Assembly: GCA_038245785.1 (NCBI GenBank)
Contig: JBBRSB010000001.1
Span: 32,001-96,000 of the forward strand
DNA length: 64,000 nt
Reading direction: 5' to 3'
Source: Gloeobacterales cyanobacterium
GTDB taxonomy: Bacteria; Cyanobacteriota; Cyanobacteriia; Gloeobacterales; PMM-0068
A program made the translations under genes and the position numbers. Every line of letters starts with the position of its first letter. The stretch's first letter is position 1. A model generated the notes under the pieces. It was given only the letters and a program-made list of their open reading frames with translations, was not told the origin of the DNA and made no database searches. This document shows positions 1 to 9,964 of the stretch, piece after piece.

Positions 1-232
1 TCAATATTTGAGTGTAAGACAGAAATCAGTTTCTTCTTATCGTCTCAATTGTGCGTGGTGATACACAGTTTTGCCATCCATGAGGAAGGTGAGCTAATCT
101 AGCGGAAGTTAGCAAATAAATCGTTGCCCACGCTACCGAATAGCCATTGGATAGGCACTAGATGCTTATCTCGCTAAACAAAAGTAGAACACGTGGAACG
201 GGCATAGTTTATCCACACGCTGGTCTGTCCAG

Positions 233-1528
233 ATGAAAACTGTATCCAAGCTCCCCATAGGATGGCGTTGGTTTATCGGGGTTCTAGGGCTTATCGGGAT
301 TGGCATAGCAGCCTACGTCTTTATCTTTTCCCGTCCTAATCCTGACCAATACGAGAAATTTTTGACGACGGTTGAACAAATCAACAGCGATATCCGCATT
401 ACTTCAGCCGGAACCGTAGCGCCCAATCGCAAGGCTAATGTCGGACCCAAAGATCAAGGATTGCTTATAGAACTCTATGTCGAACAGGGACAGGCTGTGA
501 AGAAAGGACAGATTCTGGCCCGCATGGATTCCAGTCGATTGGTCAGCGAAGTCGCTGAAGCCAAAGCCACTGCCGATGCCGCCCGTGCCCGCTATCTAGA
601 ATCCCGAAATGGTTCCCGCCGTCAGGATGTTTCTCAGGCAGAGGCCGAGAAGCGTTCAGCCCAAGCCAGTCTCTCCATTGCCCAAGATAACTACAAACGA
701 TTCAAGCAACTGCGAGATGAAGGCGTGGTCAACACTATTGATTTCAATACCCGCCGTCTTGAACTAGACCGGGCACGGGAAGCCCTTAAAGGCAGTGAAC
801 AGAAGCTCAATCTCTTGAAAGCTGGTAGCCGCTATGAGCAGGTATTAGCAGCCAAGGCCGAAGTAGACCGCACGGAAGCCCAGTTCGCCAATGCCCGTAC
901 CCGCTTTAATGATCTTACTATCCGGGCACCCTTCACCGGAATTGTCTCTCAGCGCTACGCCCAAGCGGGAAGTTTCGTATCTCCAAACAGCAATACCCAG
1001 GGAGATTCCGCCACCTCTAGCTCCATCTTGCTTTTGATTGACCGCCTGGAAGTGCTGGCAACGGTTGCCGAATCAGATATTGCCCGGATACAGGTTGGTC
1101 AGCCTGTAGAAGTCACGACCACGGCTTTCCCTGGCAAAATCTTCAAAGGCAAAGTCCGTCTGGTTGCCCCAGAGGCAGTTCAGGAGAACGGAATCACCCA
1201 GTTTCAGGTGCGGGTACAATTAGATAACGAGGCGGCGAAGACGCTGAAATCTCGTCTGAATGTGACGGTCAACTTCATCGCTGGAAAGATCCAGGATGCT
1301 TTAGCAGTGCCGACCGCAGCGGTAATTACGAATAAAGCGGGGAAGACAGGCGTTTTAGTCCTAGATCCTAAAAAAGGGCCAGTTTTCCGAGTAGTGACTT
1401 CCGGTCAGAATTTGGGAGACAAGACCCAGATAGTTTCTGGTCTGAAGGAGGGTGAGAAGATTTTCAGCAAAGTTCCACCAGACTTCAACATCGAAGAGAT
1501 CTCGGGGAGTGGCAATGCTTTTCGGTGA
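233..1528 (+). CDS. Efflux RND/MacA-type periplasmic adaptor (HlyD family membrane fusion protein)
   Basis: N-terminal TM helix, lipoyl-like motifs (LYVEQGQAVKKGQILARMD; TIRAPFTGIV), long coiled coil; first gene of an ABC exporter operon. Confidence 0.92.
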   Translation: MKTVSKLPIGWRWFIGVLGLIGIGIAAYVFIFSRPNPDQYEKFLTTVEQINSDIRITSAGTVAPNRKANVGPKDQGLLIELYVEQGQAVKKGQILARMDSSRLVSEVAEAKATADAARARYLESRNGSRRQDVSQAEAEKRSAQASLSIAQDNYKRFKQLRDEGVVNTIDFNTRRLELDRAREALKGSEQKLNLLKAGSRYEQVLAAKAEVDRTEAQFANARTRFNDLTIRAPFTGIVSQRYAQAGSFVSPNSNTQGDSATSSSILLLIDRLEVLATVAESDIARIQVGQPVEVTTTAFPGKIFKGKVRLVAPEAVQENGITQFQVRVQLDNEAAKTLKSRLNVTVNFIAGKIQDALAVPTAAVITNKAGKTGVLVLDPKKGPVFRVVTSGQNLGDKTQIVSGLKEGEKIFSKVPPDFNIEEISGSGNAFR

Positions 1529-1529
1529 T

Positions 1530-2735
1530 ATGAATTTGCTTGAGAGTCTGAAAGTAGCGGTGGATAGCCTCTGGGCCAATCGGTTGCGCTCCTTTCTAAC
1601 CATGATTGGCCTGATCATCGGGATTAGCTCGGTGATTTTAGTTATCGCCTTTGGGGTTGGAGCTCAACAGTTCGCCAAACAGCAGCTTCAAAGTTTAGGG
1701 AGCAATGTGATTGGTGTCTTTGATGGAGGACCTCGCACTCAGGGCAACCAACCGCTGACCCTCGCGGATGTAGAAGCTATCCGCACACAGGCCAGTACCG
1801 TTCAGAACGTAGCTCCACTGCTCTATGGCCAGGGTCAGTTAGCTCGAAATAACCGCACAGCGCAAGGTCAACTCAGTGGCGTTCCTGCCTCTCTAGCAGA
1901 AATTCTCACCATTACTTATGCAAGAGGGCGCTACTTTACGCGCGCTGAAATTGAGTCGCGTTCGCGGGTCGTGATTATTGGAGAAGAGCTTAATAAGCAG
2001 CTTTTTCAGTACGAAGACCCGATTGGCAAAACGATTATCGTCAATAATCAGCCCATGACCGTGGTCGGAGTCACTCGCCGAGGCATATTACCGATTGGTT
2101 GGGTGGATCTGAACCAAGGGTTATTGATTCCTTTCCCTTTAGCGATGGAGAGCTTTCTAGAGAGTGACTCTCCTTTTGGAAAAAAAGCGGGGGCTCTCTT
2201 AGTACAAGGAAAACCAAGCACCACCATCGAGGAAGTAACCTTCGAGGTCAAAAACCTGATGCGGCTACGTCATAATGTCACCGATAAAGAGGATTTTGTC
2301 CTCTTCAACCTGAAATCAGTCCTCGACCTGATCAATAATGTCGCCCTTGCGATCACGATTGTTTTAGGGCTGACTGCCGCGATTTCCCTATTGGTCAGTG
2401 GGGTGGGCATCACGAATATCATGCTCGCTTCCGTGTTGGAGCGTACGCGGGAAATCGGCTTACGTAAGGCCTTAGGAGCCTCTGAAGAAGTGATTCTCAC
2501 CCAGTTTGTGATTGAAGCGGTGCTCCTTTCCTCCGTGAGTGGGATTCTTGGCGTACTTTTGGGAATTCTCGGAGCTACAGTAGCCAGTCACTTCTCGCCT
2601 GTCCAACCGGAGATAACACTATGGTCCGTCTTGCTAGCGGTGGGATTTTCTGTAGGCATAGGGCTCCTCTTTGGGATTGCGCCTGCCCAACGAGCTGCCA
2701 ACCTTGACCCGATTATTGCTCTGAGATCTGATTGA
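1530..2735 (+). CDS. MacB/FtsX-family ABC exporter permease
   Basis: LWANRLRSFLTMIGLIIG, SVLERTREIGLRKALGA, AANLDPIIALR motifs; ATG at 1530 follows the adaptor stop (1515 is an alternative start). Confidence 0.92.
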   Translation: MNLLESLKVAVDSLWANRLRSFLTMIGLIIGISSVILVIAFGVGAQQFAKQQLQSLGSNVIGVFDGGPRTQGNQPLTLADVEAIRTQASTVQNVAPLLYGQGQLARNNRTAQGQLSGVPASLAEILTITYARGRYFTRAEIESRSRVVIIGEELNKQLFQYEDPIGKTIIVNNQPMTVVGVTRRGILPIGWVDLNQGLLIPFPLAMESFLESDSPFGKKAGALLVQGKPSTTIEEVTFEVKNLMRLRHNVTDKEDFVLFNLKSVLDLINNVALAITIVLGLTAAISLLVSGVGITNIMLASVLERTREIGLRKALGASEEVILTQFVIEAVLLSSVSGILGVLLGILGATVASHFSPVQPEITLWSVLLAVGFSVGIGLLFGIAPAQRAANLDPIIALRSD

Positions 2736-2755
2736 GTGGATGGAGGAAAGAACCT

Positions 2756-4042
2756 ATGCCTTGGTTTGAAAATTTACGGGTAGCGGCTTCAGGACTTTGG
2801 GCCAATCGATTGCGTTCGGGCTTAACCATGCTCGGTTTGATCATTGGCGTCAGTGCAGTAATCTTGGTAGTCTCTCTCGGAATTGGCCTCCAGCGATATC
2901 TCAAAGACCAGTTTAAAACCTGGGGAACGAACGTAGTAAGCGTCTTAGAACAGCAGGGACAACGGACGTTTCGGCCTCTAACGATGGCGGATGTAGAAGC
3001 GCTACGCAATCAGGTCAATACAGCCCAAAGCGTCGCCCCTGTGCTTAGTCAAGGAAATGCGCGGGTGGCCTGGCAAAACTACAACACTACCGGAACGATT
3101 CAAGGAGTGACGCCTGAAGTGGCCGTCATGTTGAGCATCCCGATTGTGCAGGGACGATTCTTGACTCAACGAGAACTGGAAGAACGAGCCAGAGTTGTGG
3201 TGCTCGGTAACGAATTGGCTAAAGAAATATTCAAAAATGAAGATCCTATTGGTAAGCAGCTCCTGATTAGCAGTCAACAAGTCGTTAGTGCAAAAGATGT
3301 GGGCAGTCAGGCTTCCAAGAATTCCAATAAAGCTAGACCCAAACTTATTGGCAGTAGTCAACTGCTGACGGTCATTGGCGTCACCAAGGAAGGCGCCTTT
3401 GAAGCCCATCTATCCCTAAGCCGAGGACTGCTAATTCCTCTAACAGTGGCTCATGAACTGCTTATTCCTAGCGATAGTCCCTTCGGGCGCAAAGTGTCGA
3501 ATATTCTCTTGGAGGCTAAAGAGGGCGAGACGGTTGAGCAAGTGACTTTTCAAACCACGAACGTGATGAGACAGCGCCACCAGATTACGACACAAGATGA
3601 TTTCGTGACCTTCAACCTCCAGGAACAGCTCAATATCTACAACAATATCGCCAAAGGAATGACGGTATTTCTCGGGGTTGTAGCAGCGATCTCCCTTTTG
3701 GTAGGCGGCATCAATATCATGAATATCATGTTAGTTTCGGTTAAAGAGCGCACCCGTGAAATTGGTCTGCGCAAAGCATTGGGTGCTTCAGAAGAGGTAA
3801 TTTTGACTCAGTTTGTGATTGAAGCTTTGTTTATTGCGGTGGTGGGAGGACTGATCGGTATCGGCATCGGGGTTGGCCTTGTTACCTTAGTAGCAACGTT
3901 TACTCCACTCAAAGCAGAAGTCACACCCTTTGCCATGATTTTGGCGGTTGGTGTTTCTGGGGCCATCGGTCTATTTTTTGGAGTTTTCCCTGCTCGCCAA
4001 GCAGCCAATTTAGACCCCATCACGGCCTTACGTACGGAGTAG
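2756..4042 (+). CDS. MacB/FtsX-family ABC exporter permease (second paralog)
   Basis: Same motifs (SVKERTREIGLRKALGA); GGAGG at 2742-2746 before ATG 2756. Confidence 0.92.
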   Translation: MPWFENLRVAASGLWANRLRSGLTMLGLIIGVSAVILVVSLGIGLQRYLKDQFKTWGTNVVSVLEQQGQRTFRPLTMADVEALRNQVNTAQSVAPVLSQGNARVAWQNYNTTGTIQGVTPEVAVMLSIPIVQGRFLTQRELEERARVVVLGNELAKEIFKNEDPIGKQLLISSQQVVSAKDVGSQASKNSNKARPKLIGSSQLLTVIGVTKEGAFEAHLSLSRGLLIPLTVAHELLIPSDSPFGRKVSNILLEAKEGETVEQVTFQTTNVMRQRHQITTQDDFVTFNLQEQLNIYNNIAKGMTVFLGVVAAISLLVGGINIMNIMLVSVKERTREIGLRKALGASEEVILTQFVIEALFIAVVGGLIGIGIGVGLVTLVATFTPLKAEVTPFAMILAVGVSGAIGLFFGVFPARQAANLDPITALRTE

Positions 4043-4047
4043 CAACG

Positions 4048-4737
4048 ATGATTATTCGTCTCAAAGATATCCATAAGTCCTATGGCCTGGATTCTAGCAA
4101 AGTCGAAGTGCTCAAAGGCATTGACCTCGATATTGAGCGAGGAGAATATGTAGCGATCATGGGACCTTCGGGCTCTGGAAAGTCTACCCTGATGAACATC
4201 ATTGGTTGTCTGGACCAGCCGACTTCCGGTTCTTACTCAATTAATGACCAGGATGTGTCGATAATGGACCGCAAGGAATTGGCGCGCATCCGCAATCGGG
4301 AAATTGGTTTTGTGTTTCAACAGTTCAACCTGATGCCCCGCTCTGATGCGATGGAAAACGTGATGCTTCCGGCGCTGTATGCAGGGATGCCTAGCCACGA
4401 ACGCAAAGTACGGGCGACGGAACTCCTAGAGCGGGTTGGGCTCCAAGACCAAATCCACAATCGGCCCAATCAACTGTCAGGCGGACAACAGCAGCGGGTT
4501 GCTATCGCTCGGGCTTTGATGAATCGTCCGAGTATTCTCTTGGCTGATGAACCGACAGGAGCCCTGGACACCAAGACGGGAGAAGAAGTGCTCAGCCTAT
4601 TTGAAGAACTAAACCAAGAAGGATTGACCCTTATTGTCATCACCCATGACCAAGAAGTGGGCAACCGTGCCCACCGTCTCGTTCGGGTCCGTGATGGTTG
4701 TCTGGAAGATGGGGTAGAACTAGCCAAAGTGTCCTGA
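4048..4737 (+). CDS. ABC transporter ATP-binding protein (LolD/MacB type)
   Basis: Walker A GPSGSGKS, signature LSGGQQQR, Walker [14 protein letters not shown]-loop ITHD. Confidence 0.95.
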   Translation: MIIRLKDIHKSYGLDSSKVEVLKGIDLDIERGEYVAIMGPSGSGKSTLMNIIGCLDQPTSGSYSINDQDVSIMDRKELARIRNREIGFVFQQFNLMPRSDAMENVMLPALYAGMPSHERKVRATELLERVGLQDQIHNRPNQLSGGQQQRVAIARALMNRPSILLADEPTGALDTKTGEEVLSLFEELNQEGLTLIVITHDQEVGNRAHRLVRVRDGCLEDGVELAKVS

Positions 4738-4843
4738 AGAGCGATTGCTCGTCGTTCCTGCCCCTCCCAACCCCTCACTACCTACCGTGCACAACCCTGG
4801 GCTATATCTACATCCGCGCCCAAGTTCTATCCTTCTCTCAACC

Positions 4844-5047
4844 ATGAAGCAATCTGATTTTCTGTTAATGTCCATTAAGGCCCTAGCCGATAAAACAGAG
4901 TACAGCGAGACCCATTGGTGCTTGGTCTTCAAAGGCAAAAGAAAAATAACCAGAAAGTTCTTAAGGCTTGCCCAAATGTCTCTAGGCGTCCCGCAAGAAA
5001 CTTTGTCCCTGTGGATTAATCAAAGAATCGCCAATAAAACTAAATGA
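4844..5047 (+). CDS. Small putative XRE-like helix-turn-helix protein
   Basis: 67 aa from ATG 4844; SIKALADKTEYSETHWCLVFKGKRKIT fits an XRE/Cro HTH pattern by eye. Confidence 0.4.
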   Translation: MKQSDFLLMSIKALADKTEYSETHWCLVFKGKRKITRKFLRLAQMSLGVPQETLSLWINQRIANKTK

Positions 5048-5222
5048 ATATTGGCTTTGATTTCTGGGTCTTGCATTCCTGCTGTATGTCAAGCTTTTCC
5101 CCAACAGCCAGGGTGAAGCCTTTTCTAGCGAGACTCTTCGACGTAGCGCAAGAGCCTAAATACCTTTACCTTGGTACGCGAAAATTTCGGACAGGTCCAT
5201 TAGACTGCAGATAGCCTAGATC

Positions 5223-6647
5223 TTGAAACTTACTATCAATCAATTCATCAGTGATGTCGTTGTTTTGGAGGATGGGCAAGCGCTACCGCGCGATATCAGG
5301 CTGCCGCCGCGAACGCCAAAGTGGCAGGACACCTTTGCCTATATTGCCAACCCAGATCAGTTTTGTCGGGTTAATCAAGCGCAGTATGGGCCAATCTTTC
5401 AGACGGGGATTTTTGGGGGCACCACCGTACTTATGGGGTCATCCCATGCGATTCAGATGGTTTTTAATGGTGACTCAAAGTATACGGAAATTGGACTGCC
5501 TCCTACCACCATGGAAATGTTTGGTGAGTACAGTCTATTTCAGAAACCAGACTTGCATCGCCAGCGCAAAAGTGCCCTCAGGCCAGCATTTACAGGACAG
5601 ATGCTTGGGAATTATCTGCCGCATATCCATAGTGTGCTGGGACAGTCTCTTCAGACATGGAATACAGCGGCTCCGATGCAGCTAGTGCCTTGCGTAGAGC
5701 GGGTTTGCTTCGATATTTTAGTACCCTTGCTCTTAGGAACACAGCTAAACAATGAATCGGCATTTGTGGGATTGCCGATTTCGTCCAAGGCAGAACTCAA
5801 GCGCTTGTACAAAACCTTTTTTGATGGCTTCTATGGACTGCTGAAGTGGAATTTACCGTTGACAACGTTTGGACGGGGACAACAGGCACGGTCCCGCCTC
5901 ATTGAACTCATGCGGGCACAGGTACAACATAGACGGGCAAGCCATGTGCCGATTGACCCAACAGCAGATTTTCTGTCCATGATGTTGGCGGATCAAAAGT
6001 CCGATCCAGAGAGTGTCTTTAGTGATGCCCTGATCGAAAACCAATGCCTACTTCAACTATGGGCATCCCACTATGAAGTTATGGGTTTAGTATCATCCTG
6101 GATCTATCAGCTCGGTCACTATCCTGAACTGGTCCAGCGGTTGCGATCTGAGCAGGTGAAAGTATTAGGTGAGCAGAGCGATCCAAAGACTCCTTCCCTG
6201 GAGCAGCTTAAGCAGATGGTATTTCTGGAAGCAACTATAAAGGAAACGCTGCGGACCTTGCCACCTAGTTCCACTGCAACACGCCGCCTGACAAAGTCTG
6301 TCGTTTTAGACGGGGTTCTGTATAAAAAGGGATGGGGGCTGGTTGCTGAACCCCGAATTGCACATGGGATCTCAGACTATTTTAGCCAACCCGATCGCTT
6401 TGACCCGGATCGCTTCTTGCCGGAACGGGGTGAGGGGCAGATGTACGAGTTTATTCCCTTTGGGGGCGGGGTTCATGCCTGCCTGGGAGCACAGTTGGCG
6501 ATGCTCTTGATGAAGATGTTTGCGGTAAATCTGTTGCATCAGTTTGACTGGAAGCTGCTGGATGAGGCAACTTTTGTGCAGTTCCCGCTCAAGAGAATCC
6601 AAGACAACTATCAAATTCAGCTTGTACACCACGTACCGAATGATTGA
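5223..6647 (+). CDS. Cytochrome P450 (CYP120/CYP26-like, atypical I helix)
   Basis: Heme motif FGGGVHACLG, ExxR (KETLR), FDPDRF; start codon uncertain (TTG). Confidence 0.93.
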   Translation: MKLTINQFISDVVVLEDGQALPRDIRLPPRTPKWQDTFAYIANPDQFCRVNQAQYGPIFQTGIFGGTTVLMGSSHAIQMVFNGDSKYTEIGLPPTTMEMFGEYSLFQKPDLHRQRKSALRPAFTGQMLGNYLPHIHSVLGQSLQTWNTAAPMQLVPCVERVCFDILVPLLLGTQLNNESAFVGLPISSKAELKRLYKTFFDGFYGLLKWNLPLTTFGRGQQARSRLIELMRAQVQHRRASHVPIDPTADFLSMMLADQKSDPESVFSDALIENQCLLQLWASHYEVMGLVSSWIYQLGHYPELVQRLRSEQVKVLGEQSDPKTPSLEQLKQMVFLEATIKETLRTLPPSSTATRRLTKSVVLDGVLYKKGWGLVAEPRIAHGISDYFSQPDRFDPDRFLPERGEGQMYEFIPFGGGVHACLGAQLAMLLMKMFAVNLLHQFDWKLLDEATFVQFPLKRIQDNYQIQLVHHVPND

Positions 6648-6739
6648 CATATATCAGACTTATTGGAAGTCGCTACAGGGAGGCTCATTCAACAAGCTTT
6701 GAGATTTTACAGTAGTGGAGCATTTCGAAGTAGAACAAG

Positions 6740-7357
6740 ATGAGCCAAAGAAAAACTCGGTTGCTAGTTGGAACATCCCTTGCACTACTCGCTACCTTTT
6801 TGCTTGCAATTAATCTAATTCCAGCGATGTTCATCAAAGTTCCACTCAACCCAGTGGGAAACGAGAAGTTTGATGTCATCATTGCCCTCGGATATCCAGC
6901 CCTTGAAGATGGACACCCTAGCCCCATGCTGAGACAGCGCGTCATCGATGCCGTCAACCTCTTCAAAAATCATCATGCCGACCACATTATCTTCACAGGT
7001 GGCGCCGCTCACAACCCATTCGTGGAAGCTGACGTCATGGCCAAATTAGCCCATTCGCTAGGAGTCCCCACCGCAAATATTATTCAGGAAGGAAAAGCAA
7101 AGAGTTCCTGTCAAAACGCTTTGAATTCTGTGAAAATCATGCAGGAGAAAAACTGGCACACAGCAGTGGTCGTCACCTCGCCCAATCACCTAAAACGAGC
7201 TAACTATCTGTTTGCTCATTATCCCATTCACTTTGCAGTTTCTAGCTCTGGTTATCTAAACGAGATGAACCTCTTGGAGAGCGTTTTGTTTAACCAGTGG
7301 GAGCAGTATTCCTTGACTCGACTCACTTTTTTGGGTTATCCCACATGTAGGTCGTAA
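6740..7357 (+). CDS. YdcF/DUF218 family protein
   Basis: N-terminal TM; DVIIALG, IIFTGG, EADVM, VVTSPNHLKRA motifs. Confidence 0.88.
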   Translation: MSQRKTRLLVGTSLALLATFLLAINLIPAMFIKVPLNPVGNEKFDVIIALGYPALEDGHPSPMLRQRVIDAVNLFKNHHADHIIFTGGAAHNPFVEADVMAKLAHSLGVPTANIIQEGKAKSSCQNALNSVKIMQEKNWHTAVVVTSPNHLKRANYLFAHYPIHFAVSSSGYLNEMNLLESVLFNQWEQYSLTRLTFLGYPTCRS

Positions 7358-7639
7358 ACGAGCGTTCTCCTTGTTTGTCAACTCTTCTGGAGCGTCTGCT
7401 AAATGGGAGAAAGATCAGCCTTTGAGTTGCTCATAATTTTTTTGATGCGCTTGATAGATCTTGTTAGTGTTTGGGGATCCTATTAAAAGCGCACAAAGTA
7501 ACCAAATACTAGAGCTGAAAATGCTGCTAACTAAGTGACGATGGTCGGTTAGCAGTAAGTCATATCGGAAAGAGTCATGGCAGCCTATAGGGAAGGTGCA
7601 CTTAGAGAAACTAATGAATGAAGGAAAAATAATTTAAAT

Positions 7640-8761
7640 ATGTTTTCAATCCAAGTTATTAAGACTATTGATGAATTCAAAGCCATTTCTGAGACTTGGC
7701 AAAGTTTACTTCAGGATGCCCAAGAGAACAATATCGCTTTGGATCATGCGTGGCTATTGACGTGGTTAACCCATTTCTTACCACAACAAATCTTTATTGT
7801 GCTGGTCTATGACGATCAGAAAAAACTGGTGGCAGCAGCGCCCTTTCAAATCCAGCGAACCCCTTCAGGTCTGGCCCATCGTCTGCTTCGCCGCTTGCAA
7901 TTTATTGGGACCGATCCAAGCGTATATGATGACATCAAAATCATTTGTACGAAGACGATTGACAAGCCGACAGTCTTTCAATCCATTGCCAAGTGTTTAT
8001 TAGATGCAAGGCCTCAGTGGGATATCCTTGACTTAAGATATAGTTCTGACAAAGAAGGGCTTGTACTGCTTGAAAGTTACCTGTCTCATGGCACCTATTC
8101 AAATCAAATGAATTCGCCCATGAGTATTCCTATTTTAAGACTCCCTGAAACTATAGAAGAATACACGCAAACAAAATCAAAGAGCTTTCATAAAGACTTG
8201 CGCCGTATTGCCAATCGCCTGGAACGGGAGTACCCCAAGCAAGAAGTGACCTTATCTTTCTTCCTAACATCTCCAGAGACTGAAGAAAAAATGGCTTCGT
8301 TCCTTCAAAACCACCAAGACTATTGGAAAGCAAAAGGGGTGAAGACTGAAACCGCTCGATTTCCAGCATTAAAGTCGTTTTACAAATCCATCCACGCTAA
8401 TTTCCAATCTTCAAAAGAGCGTCATGGACGATTCCATTTCTCAGTACTTTCCTTGGGAGATATTCCCTTGAGCTATCAATTTTGTTATTGGCAAGGCCGT
8501 CATTATTTGGGGTATTTAACTCACTACAATCCTGACTTCAAACCTTATCGACCTGGCATACTTCATATTGAATCTCTCATTCACCATGTAATTGAAGAAA
8601 ACGGCGAAGCCTTTGAATTTGGACGAGGAGACGAACCTTATAAATTGCAATGGACAAAGTCCCTTTTACCCTTATGGAATCTCACCATGTTCAAAACGGC
8701 AAAAGTTGCTTGGGCCTGGCAACTGGATGATGAAATTCAAAAACGGTTAAACCGAGCCTGA
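7640..8761 (+). CDS. GNAT family acetyltransferase (CelD/BcsL-like)
   Basis: WLLTW near N-terminus, YRPGILH, FEFGRGDEPYKLQW; visibly AT-richer than neighbours. Confidence 0.82.
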   Translation: MFSIQVIKTIDEFKAISETWQSLLQDAQENNIALDHAWLLTWLTHFLPQQIFIVLVYDDQKKLVAAAPFQIQRTPSGLAHRLLRRLQFIGTDPSVYDDIKIICTKTIDKPTVFQSIAKCLLDARPQWDILDLRYSSDKEGLVLLESYLSHGTYSNQMNSPMSIPILRLPETIEEYTQTKSKSFHKDLRRIANRLEREYPKQEVTLSFFLTSPETEEKMASFLQNHQDYWKAKGVKTETARFPALKSFYKSIHANFQSSKERHGRFHFSVLSLGDIPLSYQFCYWQGRHYLGYLTHYNPDFKPYRPGILHIESLIHHVIEENGEAFEFGRGDEPYKLQWTKSLLPLWNLTMFKTAKVAWAWQLDDEIQKRLNRA

Positions 8762-8817
8762 TTAATCCCCTTTACGAGCCCATTGCATCTTCTTTGCCCT
8801 TTTATGCCTTGCCTTAA

Positions 8818-9720
8818 TCAACGGGTTGGTGCAGGTAAGCGTGAACGAATGGTTGTTTGATACTCTGCCTTATCTAAGCCTCTAGAACCAACAAAGTGAT
8901 TCACCTGAATAAGGTGGTTTAACGCGTTGATCCGGTCAGGGACGGCGGGGTGAGTACTCAGGAAAGTAGGGCTAGAAGGATAACGGGTTAACTTTTCCAG
9001 AAAAGCAGGCATAGCGTTAGAGGCGTAGCCTGCACGGTCTAGCATCGACAAACCTAGCCGGTCCGCCTCAAACTCATCACGACGACTATTTGGTCGGCTC
9101 ACGGCCAGTTCGACACCAATATTGACCGCTAGATTCCGGTCGAGGCTGGCTGCATTGGCAACTCCAGAGACGATAGCTTGCTGACGCATCTGCTCAACCG
9201 CATGACGAGCTGAGATGTGACCAATTTCGTGGCCAAGTACACTGGCTACCTGAGCTTCGTTATCCGCAACAGCGAGTAATCCAGTGGTGACATAGACATA
9301 GCCACCCATCGTGCTGGATGCATTGATCTGTGGGTCTTGGATTACTTGGAAATGGTAGGGAATCTGGGAGCGTCCACTGAAGGGAACTAGTCGCTGACCG
9401 ACCTGATTGACATATCGGGTAATCACCGGGTCATTCCGCAGGTGAAACTCCTTAGCCAGCAGTTGCTGATTAATCTGCTCACCCAGTGCGACTTCCTGTT
9501 GATCCGATAGATTCGACAGCTGGATCACCTGGACACCCTGAAAGATGAGATCCAGAAGAGAGGCCCTAGCAGGCTGTATATATGTGGTGGCCCATAGGCT
9601 TGAAGCTAAGGTCAGCGAAAGGAGCAGGGAAAACCCACGCTTCTTATGGATTAAACGACTTTTACGGAAATACTGCTCTAATGAGCTAACAGGTAAGAGA
9701 GGAGGAAATTGGCTTTTCAT
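8818..9720 (-). CDS. M48 family zinc metallopeptidase
   Basis: VLGHEIGH (HExxH), SRRDEFEAD, FLSTHP. Confidence 0.92.
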   Translation of the reverse strand: MKSQFPPLLPVSSLEQYFRKSRLIHKKRGFSLLLSLTLASSLWATTYIQPARASLLDLIFQGVQVIQLSNLSDQQEVALGEQINQQLLAKEFHLRNDPVITRYVNQVGQRLVPFSGRSQIPYHFQVIQDPQINASSTMGGYVYVTTGLLAVADNEAQVASVLGHEIGHISARHAVEQMRQQAIVSGVANAASLDRNLAVNIGVELAVSRPNSRRDEFEADRLGLSMLDRAGYASNAMPAFLEKLTRYPSSPTFLSTHPAVPDRINALNHLIQVNHFVGSRGLDKAEYQTTIRSRLPAPTR

Positions 9721-9964
9721 CTTTATCGGTCGGATAGCGTTTGCTTACTATCTGACTCATGCACCTCTTACGCTCAATCTAGCATTGCCTGCAAAATGTG
9801 CTGAATAGTAGATACCAAAAGACTATAAATCTCTACAAATCTAGATGCTCATGCTGATCAACTTTAGGATTACTGAAGTATATCAAGTATTTAATCTGAC
9901 TCCAATCCCCGCAAGCGAACAAGCCAAAGCAAGAAATGCCACTAGTTCTCCATGGACTTGCTGT

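Noticed and set aside
7524..7590. Hairpin CTGCTAAC..GTTAGCAG and ATGGCAGCC upstream of the GNAT gene as a c-di-GMP-I riboswitch
   Set aside because: The conserved P1 elements could not be found; a single hairpin is not enough
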